From Clostridia bacterium (GTDB taxonomy: Bacteria; Bacillota; Sulfobacillia; JAJZYS01; JAJYTV01), in contig DAIBJA010000025.1 of the NCBI GenBank assembly GCA_027420455.1, positions 1 through 57,577 of the forward strand: a stretch of 57,577 nucleotides of DNA, read 5' to 3'. Position numbers and translations under genes: made by a program. Below, in pieces: positions 34,794-43,828 of the stretch. The notes beneath the pieces were generated by a model. It ran no database searches, had not been told where the DNA came from, and saw only the letters and a program-made list of their open reading frames with translations. Within the stretch, counting starts at the first letter, position 1. The number at the start of each line of letters is the position of its first letter.

Positions 34794-35375
34794 GTGGCGA
34801 CGATCGGAGTCCTGGCCCTGCAGGGGGCCGTGCGCGAGCACGCCCGCGTGCTCGCGTCGCTCGGTGCCGAGGTTCGCCTCGTGAAGCGCCCCGGGGACCT
34901 CGAAGGCCTGGGCGGCATCGTTCTGCCGGGCGGCGAGTCGACCACGATCGGCATGCTGCTCGAGGAGTACGAGCTCGCGCCTGTGCTGCGCGCGGGAGAA
35001 ATCCCGATCTTCGGCACCTGCGCCGGCATGATCCTGATGGCGGACGAGATCGAGGGTTCGGATCAGCCGCGTCTCGGCGTGATGCGCGTCACGGTGCGCC
35101 GCAACGCCTTCGGCCGCCAGCGCGAGAGCTTCGAGGAAGCCATCGACGGAGCGCCCGTCACGGGTGATCCCTTGCGCGGCGTCTTCATCCGGGCACCCTA
35201 CGTCACGGACGTCGGGCCGGACGTGGAGATCCTGGGCCGCGTGGACGGCAAGATCGTGCTCTGCCGGCAGGGCCGGTTTCTTGCGGCCTCGTTCCATCCG
35301 GAGCTCACCGACGACCGTCGCCTGCACAGGTACTTCCTCGAAGAGATCGTGCAGCGCGCCGCGCACCTTGCCTAG
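34794..35375 (+). CDS. pdxT: Pyridoxal 5'-phosphate synthase glutaminase subunit
   Basis: GVLALQGAVREH, PGGESTT, GTCAGMI, RNAFGRQRESF, FIRAP, FHPELT. GTG start at 34794. Confidence 0.97.
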   Translation: MATIGVLALQGAVREHARVLASLGAEVRLVKRPGDLEGLGGIVLPGGESTTIGMLLEEYELAPVLRAGEIPIFGTCAGMILMADEIEGSDQPRLGVMRVTVRRNAFGRQRESFEEAIDGAPVTGDPLRGVFIRAPYVTDVGPDVEILGRVDGKIVLCRQGRFLAASFHPELTDDRRLHRYFLEEIVQRAAHLA

Positions 35376-35396
35376 GCGGCCCCGTGCCGCTACAAT
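35368..35396 (+). promoter_or_regulatory. Sigma-A promoter of the T-box leader
   Basis: TTGCCT (35368-73), 17 bp, TACAAT (35391-96). Confidence 0.75.
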
Positions 35397-35414
35397 GATG
35401 GACACCACAGCATC

Positions 35415-35620
35415 GGGCGAAGAAGGGGAAGGCCCCGCGCGAGCGCAGGAGAGAGCCGGCGGCAGGTGCGAGCCGGCGCGCAGAGCGGAGAGCTTCCGCC
35501 CCTGAGCCGCCGGCGACGAGTCGGACGCGTGGCGCACGTGACAGCGCCGAGAGGATGCACGACGTGCATTGAATGAGGGTGGCACAGCGGCCGTTCGCCC
35601 CTTGGGCGACGGTCGCTTTT
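35415..35620 (+). ncRNA. T-box riboswitch, serine-specific, transcriptional
   Basis: Stem I with AGAGAG and GGTGCGA motifs, specifier TCC (35495-97), T-box AATGAGGGTGGCACAGCG (35572-89) pairing with CGCCCCTT, and terminator GCGGCCGTTCGCCC-ctt-GGGCGACGGTCGC-TTTT. Confidence 0.9.
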
Positions 35621-35647
35621 GCGTTTCCGGCGAAGGAGGCGATGGCG

Positions 35648-36640
35648 GTGCAGGCGGTGGACTTCCAGGAAGGCAAGCTGCGGCTCCTTGATCAGCGCGA
35701 ACTGCCGCAGGTGGTCCGGTACCTCGAAATCGGCGACGCCGAGGGGGCTGCCGAGGCCATTCGCGATATGGCCGTGCGCGGCGCGCCCGCGATCGGGCTC
35801 GCGGCCGCCTACGCCATGGCGCTCGCCGCGCGCGAGGCAACCGGCACGGCGGACCCCGCGGCCACGCTCCGAACCCTGTCGGACCTCATCGCGCAGGCCC
35901 GGCCCACGGCCATCAACCTGCGCCACGAAGTGGAGCGTTCCCTCGGACTGCTCACGGGCAGCCCAGCCACCTGGTACGAGACCGCCCTCGGGCACGCCGA
36001 GGCGATGAAGGATGGTCAGCGGCGCGAGGACGAGGCCCTCGCGCAAAACGCCTTGCCGCTCTTCAGGCCGGGCATGCGCGTCCTGACACACTGCAACACG
36101 GGAGCCCTCGCGACCGGCGGGCTCGGCACCGCGTTCGCCGCGATCGTGCTGGCGCACCGCGAACTCGGCCTTCAGGAGGTGCTGGCGGACGAGACCAGGC
36201 CGCGCCTGCAGGGCGCCCGCCTCACCGCGTTCGAGCTCGGCCAGGCCGGCGTGCCCCATCGCGTGATCGTGGACGGCGCCGCCGCCTACTGCATGGCGAG
36301 CGGCCTCGTGGACCTCGTCATCGTCGGCGCCGACCGCATCGGCAGCGACGGGCGCACGGCGAACAAGATCGGCACCTACGGCCTCGCGGTGCTGGCGAAG
36401 CATCACGGAATCCCGTTCGCGGTGGTGGCGCCGCGATCTAGCTGCGACCCTCTCTGGCCCGGCGCCAGGGAGGTGGAGATCGAGCAGCGCGATCCGCGCG
36501 AGGTGCTCGAAGTCATGGGGCAGCGCGTCGCCAGCGCCGGCAGCGACGCCTTGAACCCGGCGTTCGACGTCACCCCGGGAGAGCTCGTGACGGCGATCGT
36601 GCGCGAGGACGGCCTCTTCAGGCCGCCGTACGCCTTCTGA
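35648..36640 (+). CDS. mtnA: S-methyl-5-thioribose-1-phosphate isomerase
   Basis: [71 protein letters not shown] 35648 (or ATG 35642) after AAGGAGG. Confidence 0.93.
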   Translation: MQAVDFQEGKLRLLDQRELPQVVRYLEIGDAEGAAEAIRDMAVRGAPAIGLAAAYAMALAAREATGTADPAATLRTLSDLIAQARPTAINLRHEVERSLGLLTGSPATWYETALGHAEAMKDGQRREDEALAQNALPLFRPGMRVLTHCNTGALATGGLGTAFAAIVLAHRELGLQEVLADETRPRLQGARLTAFELGQAGVPHRVIVDGAAAYCMASGLVDLVIVGADRIGSDGRTANKIGTYGLAVLAKHHGIPFAVVAPRSSCDPLWPGAREVEIEQRDPREVLEVMGQRVASAGSDALNPAFDVTPGELVTAIVREDGLFRPPYAF

Positions 36641-36671
36641 GGAGCCGCGAAAGGCAAGGGGGACTATAGAC

Positions 36672-37928
36672 ATGCATGATCCGAGAAAACTGCGGGAAGA
36701 GGCGCAGGAATACAGGCGCAGGCTCCGCCGCCGCGGGGCCGACGGTCTTTTGGACGAGGCGCTGAAGGTGGATGAGGATCGGCTATCCGTCCTGCGCCGC
36801 GTGGAGGAGCTCAGGGCCGAGCGCAACCGCGCCAGCCAGGAGATCGCCGGGCTGCGCAAGGCCGGCAAGGACGCGCAGGCCGAGATCGAGCGCATGCGTG
36901 GTGTCGGCGAGGAGCTGAAGGCCAAGGAGGCGGAACTCGCCGAGCTCGAGGGAAAGGTCCAGGAGCTCTGGCTGCAGATTCCGAACGTGCCCTCGGACGA
37001 CATGCCCGACGGCCTCGAGCCGCGAGAGGAGCGCGTCGTTTTCGAGCGGCCCCGCTTCGGCTTCGAGCCGAAGGCGCACTGGGAGATCGGCACGAACCTC
37101 GGCATCCTGGACTTCGACCGGGCGACGCGCATGTCAGGCTCGCGGTTCGCCCTGCAGCGAGGACTTGGCGCGAAGCTCGAGCGCGCCCTGATCGACTTCA
37201 TGATCGACGTGCACACGTCGCGGGGCTACACGGAGATCTTCCCGCCCTTCCTCGTGCAGGAGCCCGCGCTCTACGGTACGGGCCAGCTGCCGAAGTTCCG
37301 GGAGGAGATGTTCCAGACCCAGACCGGGCACTTCCTCATCTCGACCGCCGAGGTGCCGGTGACGAACATGCACCGGGAGGAGATCCTGCCGGACGACGAA
37401 CTGCCGATCCGCTACTGCGCCTACAGCGCCTGCTTCCGCGCCGAGGCCGGGGCGGCAGGGCGCGATACGCGCGGGCTCATCCGCCTGCACCAGTTCAACA
37501 AGGTGGAGATCGTGCACTTCGTGCGTCCGGAGGAGTCTGACAGGGAGCTCGACCTGATCGTGGACGAGGCGGAAGAGATCCTGCGCCGCCTCGAGCTCCA
37601 CTACCGCGTCGTCACGCTGCCGACGATGGACTACGGCTTCTCCGCGTACAAGACGCTCGACCTCGAGGTATGGCTCCCGTCGCAGGACATGTTCCGGGAG
37701 ATCTCCTCGGCGACGAACTTCCGCGACTTCCAGGCGCGGCGCGCCAACATCCGCTATCGCGACCAGGACGGCAAGGTACACTTTGTCCACACCCTGAACG
37801 CCTCGGGCCTCGCCGTCGGGCGCACCATGGCGGCGATCCTCGAGCAGTATCAGGACGAGGATGGCAGCGTGCGCGTTCCGCAGGCCCTGCGGCCCTATAT
37901 GGGCGTGGAGCGCATCGGGCCGCGATAA
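36672..37928 (+). CDS. serS: Serine--tRNA ligase
   Basis: N-terminal coiled coil, [55 protein letters not shown]. Confidence 0.99.
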   Translation: MHDPRKLREEAQEYRRRLRRRGADGLLDEALKVDEDRLSVLRRVEELRAERNRASQEIAGLRKAGKDAQAEIERMRGVGEELKAKEAELAELEGKVQELWLQIPNVPSDDMPDGLEPREERVVFERPRFGFEPKAHWEIGTNLGILDFDRATRMSGSRFALQRGLGAKLERALIDFMIDVHTSRGYTEIFPPFLVQEPALYGTGQLPKFREEMFQTQTGHFLISTAEVPVTNMHREEILPDDELPIRYCAYSACFRAEAGAAGRDTRGLIRLHQFNKVEIVHFVRPEESDRELDLIVDEAEEILRRLELHYRVVTLPTMDYGFSAYKTLDLEVWLPSQDMFREISSATNFRDFQARRANIRYRDQDGKVHFVHTLNASGLAVGRTMAAILEQYQDEDGSVRVPQALRPYMGVERIGPR

Positions 37929-37954
37929 GCCTCGTGCTATAATGTCGAAGCGCC

Positions 37955-38043
37955 GGAGGGGTGGCCGAGCGGTTTAAGGCGGCGGTCTTGAAAACCGCTG
38001 AGGTGATGAGCCTCCGTGGGTTCGAATCCCACCCCCTCCGCCA
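37955..38043 (+). tRNA. tRNA-Ser(TGA)
   Basis: GGAGGGG acceptor, anticodon arm GCGGT-CT TGA AA-ACCGC, long variable arm, TTCGAAT, 3' GCCA. Extended -10 TGcTATAAT at 37935-43. Confidence 0.97.
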
Positions 38044-38074
38044 GCTTTGCGACCATGGCGGGAGGCTTTCGAGG

Positions 38075-38797
38075 TTGAGCACCGCGGGACAGGGCATGGG
38101 CTTCGGCGACGTGCTCGACGCAGGGTTCCAGGTCTTCCGCAGCTCGTTCTGGCAGTTGGCGCTCGCGCAGGCCATTGTGGCGATACCGGTCGCGATCATC
38201 CAGGCCCTGTGGCTGCCTCACAGCGTGCCGACCAATCTCCAGCAGTCCGTCAGCCTCTTCTCCGCGCATGCGCCGATCTCGCTTCTGATCGGCGTGCTCG
38301 GCATTCTCCAGGCGAGCGCCGTGGTGGTCGTCGCGCGGCAGGCGGCCAGCGGTGTGCCGGCCAGCGCCCTAACGGCCTATCGGCAAGCCTTCAGCCGTTT
38401 CCCCGAGGCGCTCGGCTTCGGGCTGATCTTCGCGGTCCTGGTCGGAGTCGGCCTTGCGATCGTGATCATCCCGGGCGTCGTGCTGGCGATCTGGCTGTCG
38501 CAGGGCCTCTTTCTGATCGTGCTCGGCAATCGCGGCATCATCCAGGGCATCGTCGAAAGCTATCGCCTGGTCGGGGGGTACTTCTGGCGGGTACTCGGCA
38601 TCGCGGTGGTCGCGTTCCTGATGGAGACCGTGGTGAGCCTCCTCGTGACGATGCTCTTCACGGTGGCGACCGGACATGGCGAGGTGACGGCGGTCGTCAC
38701 GACGCTGCTCGGCATCCTGATCGGCAGCTTCCCGCTCGTGGTGCTCTACATCCAGTACCGCGACCTCCTGCAGCGCCGCGGCTTCTCTCGCGGCTGA
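38075..38797 (+). CDS. Hypothetical multi-pass membrane protein
   Basis: GFGDVLDAGFQVFR...IIPGVVLAIWLS...SYRLVGGYFWRVLG...YRDL pattern, common in uncharacterised membrane families. TTG 38075 after GGAGG, or ATG 38096. Confidence 0.75.
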   Translation: MSTAGQGMGFGDVLDAGFQVFRSSFWQLALAQAIVAIPVAIIQALWLPHSVPTNLQQSVSLFSAHAPISLLIGVLGILQASAVVVVARQAASGVPASALTAYRQAFSRFPEALGFGLIFAVLVGVGLAIVIIPGVVLAIWLSQGLFLIVLGNRGIIQGIVESYRLVGGYFWRVLGIAVVAFLMETVVSLLVTMLFTVATGHGEVTAVVTTLLGILIGSFPLVVLYIQYRDLLQRRGFSRG

Positions 38798-38848
38798 TTC
38801 GCGATTGATCAGGCCTGCGGCCACGTGGTACAATGCGGAGTGCTTCGC

Positions 38849-38944
38849 GGAGGGATACCCAAGTGGCTGAAGGGGCGGTCCTGCTAAGACTGTAGGGGGT
38901 TAACAAAAAGCCCCGCGAGGGTTCAAATCCCTCTCCCTCCGCCA
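38849..38944 (+). tRNA. tRNA-Ser(GCT)
   Basis: GGAGGGA acceptor, CGGTC-CT GCT AA-GACTG, long variable arm, TTCAAAT, GCCA. Promoter TTGATC (38805), 18 bp, TACAAT (38829). Confidence 0.95.
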
Positions 38945-38953
38945 GAATATTCC

Positions 38954-38982
38954 GGCGCCTCCAGAATCGGAGGCGCCCTTTC
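38954..38982 (+). terminator. Intrinsic terminator after tRNA-Ser(GCT)
   Basis: GGCGCCTCC-agaatc-GGAGGCGCC followed by CTTT. Confidence 0.7.
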
Positions 38983-39344
38983 GCTTTGCTGGGGTCGACA
39001 GAACCACACGACAAGGTTCGACTGCTTCCGCCCGCCACGACGACCACATGGATCACGGTCACGTGTCCAGATGGACCATCTTGGTGATTGAAGCGCCTTC
39101 CAGGAGGGTAAGCGCATTCTGGCATAAAGGAGATTGCGGCGTCTTAGCGAATTCTCACGGCAACGCGCGACTGCCTGACGGCGGGAGAGCGGGGCAGATC
39201 GCAGAGTGCGGAGGGAGGGTCGAACGGGCCTCAGGGCCGTGTTTCACGTGCCGTCGCAGCGTGGGCGCGATAAGGAATTTGAGATCGGCGCCCCGAGCGG
39301 CGAGCATCTAAATTTCCCCCCACTGAAGGGAGGACACCGGATTT

Positions 39345-40985
39345 ATGGCAACTGCGCAAGCCAATGTGCGCGCCAGCGGTCAACTGAAGCATGAACTGAG
39401 ATTCGTTGACCTGCTGATGGCCTCGGTAGGCGGCATCATCGGATCGGGCTGGCTTTACGGCTCCTGGAAGGGCGGCTTCATGGCCGGCCCGGCCGCGGAC
39501 ATCTCGTGGCTGATCGGCGGTGTCGCGGTCCTGCTCATCGGACTCGTGTTCGCGGAACTCGGCGGAGCTTTGCCGGAGGCGGGCGCGATCGTCCGCTACC
39601 CGCAGTTCTCGCACGGCACATTCGTCAGCTACATCATGGGCTGGGGCGCCCTGATCGCCTACGCCTCCGTGCCTCCGATCGAGGCCGAGGCCGCGGTGCA
39701 GTTCATGGGCTACTACTGGCCAGCCGTGTACTCGAACTCGGCCGGCGCCCTGACGACCCTCGGCATCTTCATGGCCGTGGCCTTCATGCTCCTATTCTTC
39801 CTGATCAACTACTTCGGCGTCGGGATCTTCGGCAAGACGAACACCTACTGGACTTGGCTGAAGATCGCGATCCCGACCCTGGCGGTCGTCGTCCTGTTCT
39901 TCGGCGGACACTTCGACGCCGCGAACTTCACCTCCCACGGCGGCTTCACGCCGCTCGGCACCTCCGGCATTTTCGCCGCGGTCCCGCTCGGCGGCATCGT
40001 GTTCGCCTACCTGGGGTTCAGGCAGTCCCTGGACCTCGCGGGCGAGGCGAAAAATCCGCAGCGTGACATGCCGCGGGCGGTCATCTTCTCGATCCTGATC
40101 GGCGTCGTGCTCTACCTCCTGCTGCAGACCGCCTGGATCGGCAACGTCGGCGCTGCTCAGCTGGCGCACGGCTGGGCCGGTACCCAGAAGGAGTTCACCG
40201 CTCCGTTCTCCGACCTCTCCAAGTTCGCCGGCTTCGGCTGGCTCGCGGTGATCCTGCTGCTCGACGGCATCTGGTCCCCGGCCGGTACCGGCAACGTGTA
40301 CCTCGCCTCCACGTCGCGCGTCATGTTCGCGATGGGCAAGAACCGCTACTTCCCGCGCTTCCTGCTCTGGGTCCACCCGAAGACCGGCGTGCCCCTCTGG
40401 GCGCTCATCTTCACCGTCGTGATCGGCCTCGCGTTCCTGCTGCCGCTCCCGTCGTGGTCGGCGCTCGTCGGTCTCGTTTCGAACGCGACCGTCTTCACCT
40501 ACATCATCGGCCCGGTGTCCGCCGCTGTGCTGCGCAAGACGATGCCGAACATGCCGCGCCCGTTCAAGCTGGGCGGCATGGGCTTCTTCGCGCCGGCCGC
40601 GTTCGTCGTGGCCTCGCTGATCCTCTACTGGTCCGGCTGGTCGATCGACGCGCCGGTCGCGCTGATCCTCCTCGTCGGCGTCCTCCTCTACGCGTACGGC
40701 GTCACCACCTTCGCGCCGGACGAGCAGATCTACTCCTGGAAGTACGTCAAGGCAGGCATCTGGCTCGTCGTGTACATCGTCGTGATGCTGGTCCTGACCT
40801 ACATCGGCTCCTCGCAGTTCGGCGCGCCGCACCAGATCATCCCCTACGGCTGGGACATGCTGGTCGTCGCTGTCGTCTCCCTCGTCTTCTTCTACTGGGG
40901 CGTTGCGAGCGGCATCCCGACCTTCGAGTCGGAAGCCAAGCTCAAGGAGTTCGCCCAGCAGGGACACGGCGCATCCGCGGACTGA
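39345..40985 (+). CDS. APC-family amino acid permease (YbeC-like)
   Basis: GGIIGSGWL, VFAELGGALP.AG..VRYPQFSHG, FAYLGFRQ..DLAGEAKNPQR. About 14 TM segments. Confidence 0.93.
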   Translation: MATAQANVRASGQLKHELRFVDLLMASVGGIIGSGWLYGSWKGGFMAGPAADISWLIGGVAVLLIGLVFAELGGALPEAGAIVRYPQFSHGTFVSYIMGWGALIAYASVPPIEAEAAVQFMGYYWPAVYSNSAGALTTLGIFMAVAFMLLFFLINYFGVGIFGKTNTYWTWLKIAIPTLAVVVLFFGGHFDAANFTSHGGFTPLGTSGIFAAVPLGGIVFAYLGFRQSLDLAGEAKNPQRDMPRAVIFSILIGVVLYLLLQTAWIGNVGAAQLAHGWAGTQKEFTAPFSDLSKFAGFGWLAVILLLDGIWSPAGTGNVYLASTSRVMFAMGKNRYFPRFLLWVHPKTGVPLWALIFTVVIGLAFLLPLPSWSALVGLVSNATVFTYIIGPVSAAVLRKTMPNMPRPFKLGGMGFFAPAAFVVASLILYWSGWSIDAPVALILLVGVLLYAYGVTTFAPDEQIYSWKYVKAGIWLVVYIVVMLVLTYIGSSQFGAPHQIIPYGWDMLVVAVVSLVFFYWGVASGIPTFESEAKLKEFAQQGHGASAD

Positions 40986-40995
40986 ACCGCATCGC

Positions 40996-41034
40996 GCGGG
41001 GCTGGCCTCACCTGAGGTCGGCCCCGTTCGCTTT
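40996..41034. terminator. Hairpin between permease and LigD polymerase gene
   Basis: GCGGGGCTGGCCTCA-cc-TGAGGTCGGCCCCGT followed by TCGCTTT. Confidence 0.55.
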
Positions 41035-41045
41035 GCTTGGCGCCG

Positions 41046-41951
41046 CTACCGGCTTGCTGCCGCCGCCGCGAGGCGCAGGAGGCGGCCCGGGTCTTGCGGC
41101 AAGAGTGGCTCGGCCCAGATGTCGCCGACGGCCCTCAGACGAGAAGGCATGGTGCGCAACGTGAAATCCCCCGGCCGGATGTGGCCGAGTTCCTCCGGCC
41201 TGATCGGACAGCTCACGGGCGCGCCGGGTACGGCGCGCAGGCTGTAGGGAGCGGCGAGCGTATGCCCGGCGGCGCTCTGGCCGAAGTCGAAGTAGACGCC
41301 GTGGCGGCGCGCCTTGAGGCGCTCGAGCGAGACGAGGTCCGGACGAACGCGCCGGATCTCCGCGCCGAGCCCCTTGAAGGCGAGGAAGAGCTCGTGCGGC
41401 GTTGGCCCTGGGCGGATCGGCAGAAAGAGGTGCAGGCCGCGCTTGCCCGAGGTCTTGAGGAGCGCCCTGAGGCCGATGGCGTCCAGAGCGGAAAGGGTAA
41501 GGCGCGCCAGGGCGACGGCGTCGTCGAAACCGCAGGGCGGCATCGGGTCGAGGTCCACCCAGGCGAGGTCCGGATGCTCGGCGTCGGGATGTCTCAGCGG
41601 CGAGATGTGGAACTCGAGACCGCCGAGGCCGACGGCGTAGGCGATCGTGCGCTCGTCCTGCAGCATGATGTAGCGCGTCCCCTCGATCGGCCAGGTGGCG
41701 AGCCAGGGCGGCGCGCCGCTCGGGGGGTTCTTCTGGAAGAAGCCCTTTTGCTCGATGCCGTCCGGGTAGCGGATCTGCGTCAAGGGCCGGTCGCGGGTGA
41801 AGCGCAGGAGCGGTCCCGAAACCGCGAGGTAGTAGCGAAGCACGTCCTGGCGCGTGATCGCGTCGCCCGGGTAGCAGAGCTTCTCCGGATGCTTCAGGGT
41901 AAAGCCCAAGTTCTCCATGACGGTAGCCTGCGGCAGCCTCGGCCGTTCCAC
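41046..41951 (-). CDS. ligD: NHEJ primase-polymerase (stand-alone LigD polymerase domain)
   Basis: HPEKLCYP, RYPDGI, FFQKN, VDLDP, KTSGKRGLH, APYSLRA..GAPVS. Start uncertain (GTG 41951 or ATG 41918). Confidence 0.9.
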   Translation of the reverse strand: MERPRLPQATVMENLGFTLKHPEKLCYPGDAITRQDVLRYYLAVSGPLLRFTRDRPLTQIRYPDGIEQKGFFQKNPPSGAPPWLATWPIEGTRYIMLQDERTIAYAVGLGGLEFHISPLRHPDAEHPDLAWVDLDPMPPCGFDDAVALARLTLSALDAIGLRALLKTSGKRGLHLFLPIRPGPTPHELFLAFKGLGAEIRRVRPDLVSLERLKARRHGVYFDFGQSAAGHTLAAPYSLRAVPGAPVSCPIRPEELGHIRPGDFTLRTMPSRLRAVGDIWAEPLLPQDPGRLLRLAAAAASR

Positions 41952-41985
41952 GCATGCTTCTTCGGACGGCCGGGACGCTAACGCC

Positions 41986-42789
41986 ATGGACGAACCGTTG
42001 CAGCCGATGGAGCCGGTGATCTGGCAGACGCCGTTCGACGACCCCCAGTGGCAGTTCGAGATCAAGTGGGACGGCGTGCGCTGTCTCGCCTACGCCGAAG
42101 GCGACGAAGTGCGCCTCTACGGGCGCCGGGGAACCAACTGGTCCGCGCGCTTTCCCGAGCTTCGCGAGGCCCTCAGGGGCAGTGGCAAGGTGCTCGACGG
42201 CGAACTCGTCGTGCTGCAGGACGGACGCCCAAGCTTTCCGGCCGTGATGCGCCGCCTGCATAGAAGCGACGGCCCGGTGCACTTCATGGTCTTCGACTGC
42301 CTCTACGATGGCGGCCGGGATCTCCGCCAGGAGCCGACCGCCGTCCGGCAGGAGAAACTGCTGGCGCTGCCGGCCAGCTCTCTTTTGCACCGCGTCGAGC
42401 CGGTGATTGGGGCTGGCCGGGCGCTTTTCGAGGTGGCGCGCGAAAGCGGCCTCGAGGGCGTCGTCGCCAAACGGCGCGACGCGCCATACGTGGGAGGCAA
42501 GAGCGACCTCTGGCGCAAGGTGAAATGCTGGCGCGAGCTGCGCTGCGTCGTTCTCGGACTCGACGAGGAGAAGGGCGAGATCCGCAGCGTCCGCCTGGGG
42601 GCGGAGGAAGACGGCCAGGTCATGCCCGTCGGGTCCGTCGGCAACCTCGGTCGAGGGGCGCAGCAGGAACTCAGGCGAGCCCTCGCCCGCGGCACGGCGC
42701 TGGTCGATGTGGCCTACCTCGAATGGACGGAAGACGGGAGCCTCAGGCACCCGCGCTGGCTGCGCGTCGCGCATCCATCAGGACGCTGA
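41986..42789 (+). CDS. ATP-dependent DNA ligase (stand-alone LigD-type ligase domain)
   Basis: EIKWDGVR (motif I), LDGELV, VFDCLY, EGVVAKR, WRKVK, LRHP. Confidence 0.9.
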   Translation: MDEPLQPMEPVIWQTPFDDPQWQFEIKWDGVRCLAYAEGDEVRLYGRRGTNWSARFPELREALRGSGKVLDGELVVLQDGRPSFPAVMRRLHRSDGPVHFMVFDCLYDGGRDLRQEPTAVRQEKLLALPASSLLHRVEPVIGAGRALFEVARESGLEGVVAKRRDAPYVGGKSDLWRKVKCWRELRCVVLGLDEEKGEIRSVRLGAEEDGQVMPVGSVGNLGRGAQQELRRALARGTALVDVAYLEWTEDGSLRHPRWLRVAHPSGR

Positions 42790-42794
42790 GATCT

Positions 42795-43574
42795 TCAGGC
42801 GTGCGCCCCTTCGAGCTCGAGCGAAGCCCGCAGGCGTTCCAGCAGCTGCCCCATGTCCTCCCCGACCGGACGCTCCACCGCGGCCGGCGCCTCGGCGGCC
42901 TTGCGCTCCAGGAGAGCCGCCAGCCGCTCGCGGTAGGCGTCCGGGTGGGCCCGGGGCACGAAGGGGCCCGCGAGCGTATCGATCAGGGCCTCGGCCAGGC
43001 GCAGTTCCGGTTCGCTCGGCGCGACTTCGTCGCCGAGATCGAGGTCCGAGACGTCGCGTACCTCGTCGGGGGCGTGCATCGTTTCGAGCGCCATCGCTTG
43101 GCCCTGGTACGGCCGCAGGGTGGCGAGCCGCGTGCGCCGGCGCAGGACGAAGCGACAGAGCGCCACGCGCGATGCGCCGACGAGCGCCTGGCGCAGGAGT
43201 TGATAGGCCCTGTGGCCGCCCTTCTGCGGTTCGAGGTAGTAGGGCTTCATGAAGTAGACGGCGTCGAGTTCCTCCTCGCGCGGGAACTGCAGGATCTCGA
43301 TGCGGCGGTCTTGCGGCTCCTCCGCCGCGACTTCCGCCATCTCCTCCTTCTCGACGAGGACATACTGGCCGGGGGCGAACTCGTGGCCAAGAGCCAGTTC
43401 GCTTTCCGGCACCTCCTGGCCGCAGGCGCTGCAGACCTTCTTGTAGCGCACGGGCTGCAGGCACGACCGATGGATGTAGTGCATGCGCGGATCCCTGTCC
43501 TCGCTGGCGCTATAGAGCTTGACGGGAATGGAGACGAGGCCGAAGGCCAAGGTGCCCTGCCAGATGCTGCGCAC
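42795..43574 (-). CDS. ku: NHEJ protein Ku
   Basis: RSIWQGTLAFGLVSIPVKLYSA, PYYLEP, AYQLLRQAL, LLERLRASL. GTG 43574 after GGGAGG. Confidence 0.95.
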   Translation of the reverse strand: MRSIWQGTLAFGLVSIPVKLYSASEDRDPRMHYIHRSCLQPVRYKKVCSACGQEVPESELALGHEFAPGQYVLVEKEEMAEVAAEEPQDRRIEILQFPREEELDAVYFMKPYYLEPQKGGHRAYQLLRQALVGASRVALCRFVLRRRTRLATLRPYQGQAMALETMHAPDEVRDVSDLDLGDEVAPSEPELRLAEALIDTLAGPFVPRAHPDAYRERLAALLERKAAEAPAAVERPVGEDMGQLLERLRASLELEGAHA

Positions 43575-43828
43575 GGCATTCCCTCCCGTGGCTAGCTTGC
43601 GGGAGGCGGGGCCAGGCGATACGGGCTTATGTCCTTTTCGCCATGCACCGCGTCGTGCCGATGCATCTGGACAGCAAAAGGCGACGTGACCGCGACCGTG
43701 CCGGGCCGTCCGGCGCGCTTGTCGGTCGGCCCGATGGGATTGGGTCACCTTTCGGCCCTTTTCGGGTCTGAGGATCGCCGAGCATGCTGAGACCGGAGCG
43801 AGGGTGGCGGAAGACGGAGGTTCAAGCC

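Noticed and set aside
38849-38944. 96-nt tRNA as a possible tRNA-Sec or suppressor for the hydrogenase stop
   Set aside because: The anticodon is GCT with a normal 7-bp acceptor stem. The other tRNA-Ser has anticodon TGA (reads TCA). Neither decodes a stop.
39120-39139. TGGCA...TTGC as a sigma-54 promoter
   Set aside because: The GG-to-GC spacing is 13 bp rather than the required 10.
39240-39255. TGTTTCACGTGccgtc as a second parS
   Set aside because: Only one half-site matches. The same holds for the partial matches near 31200 and 56422.
43670-43745. NiCo-riboswitch-like GCCGGGC...TGGGA elements upstream of NiCoT
   Set aside because: The closing stem and CUGAGCAGG motif are not convincing, and NiCo switches usually activate exporters. 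An Rfam cmscan would be needed to revive this.
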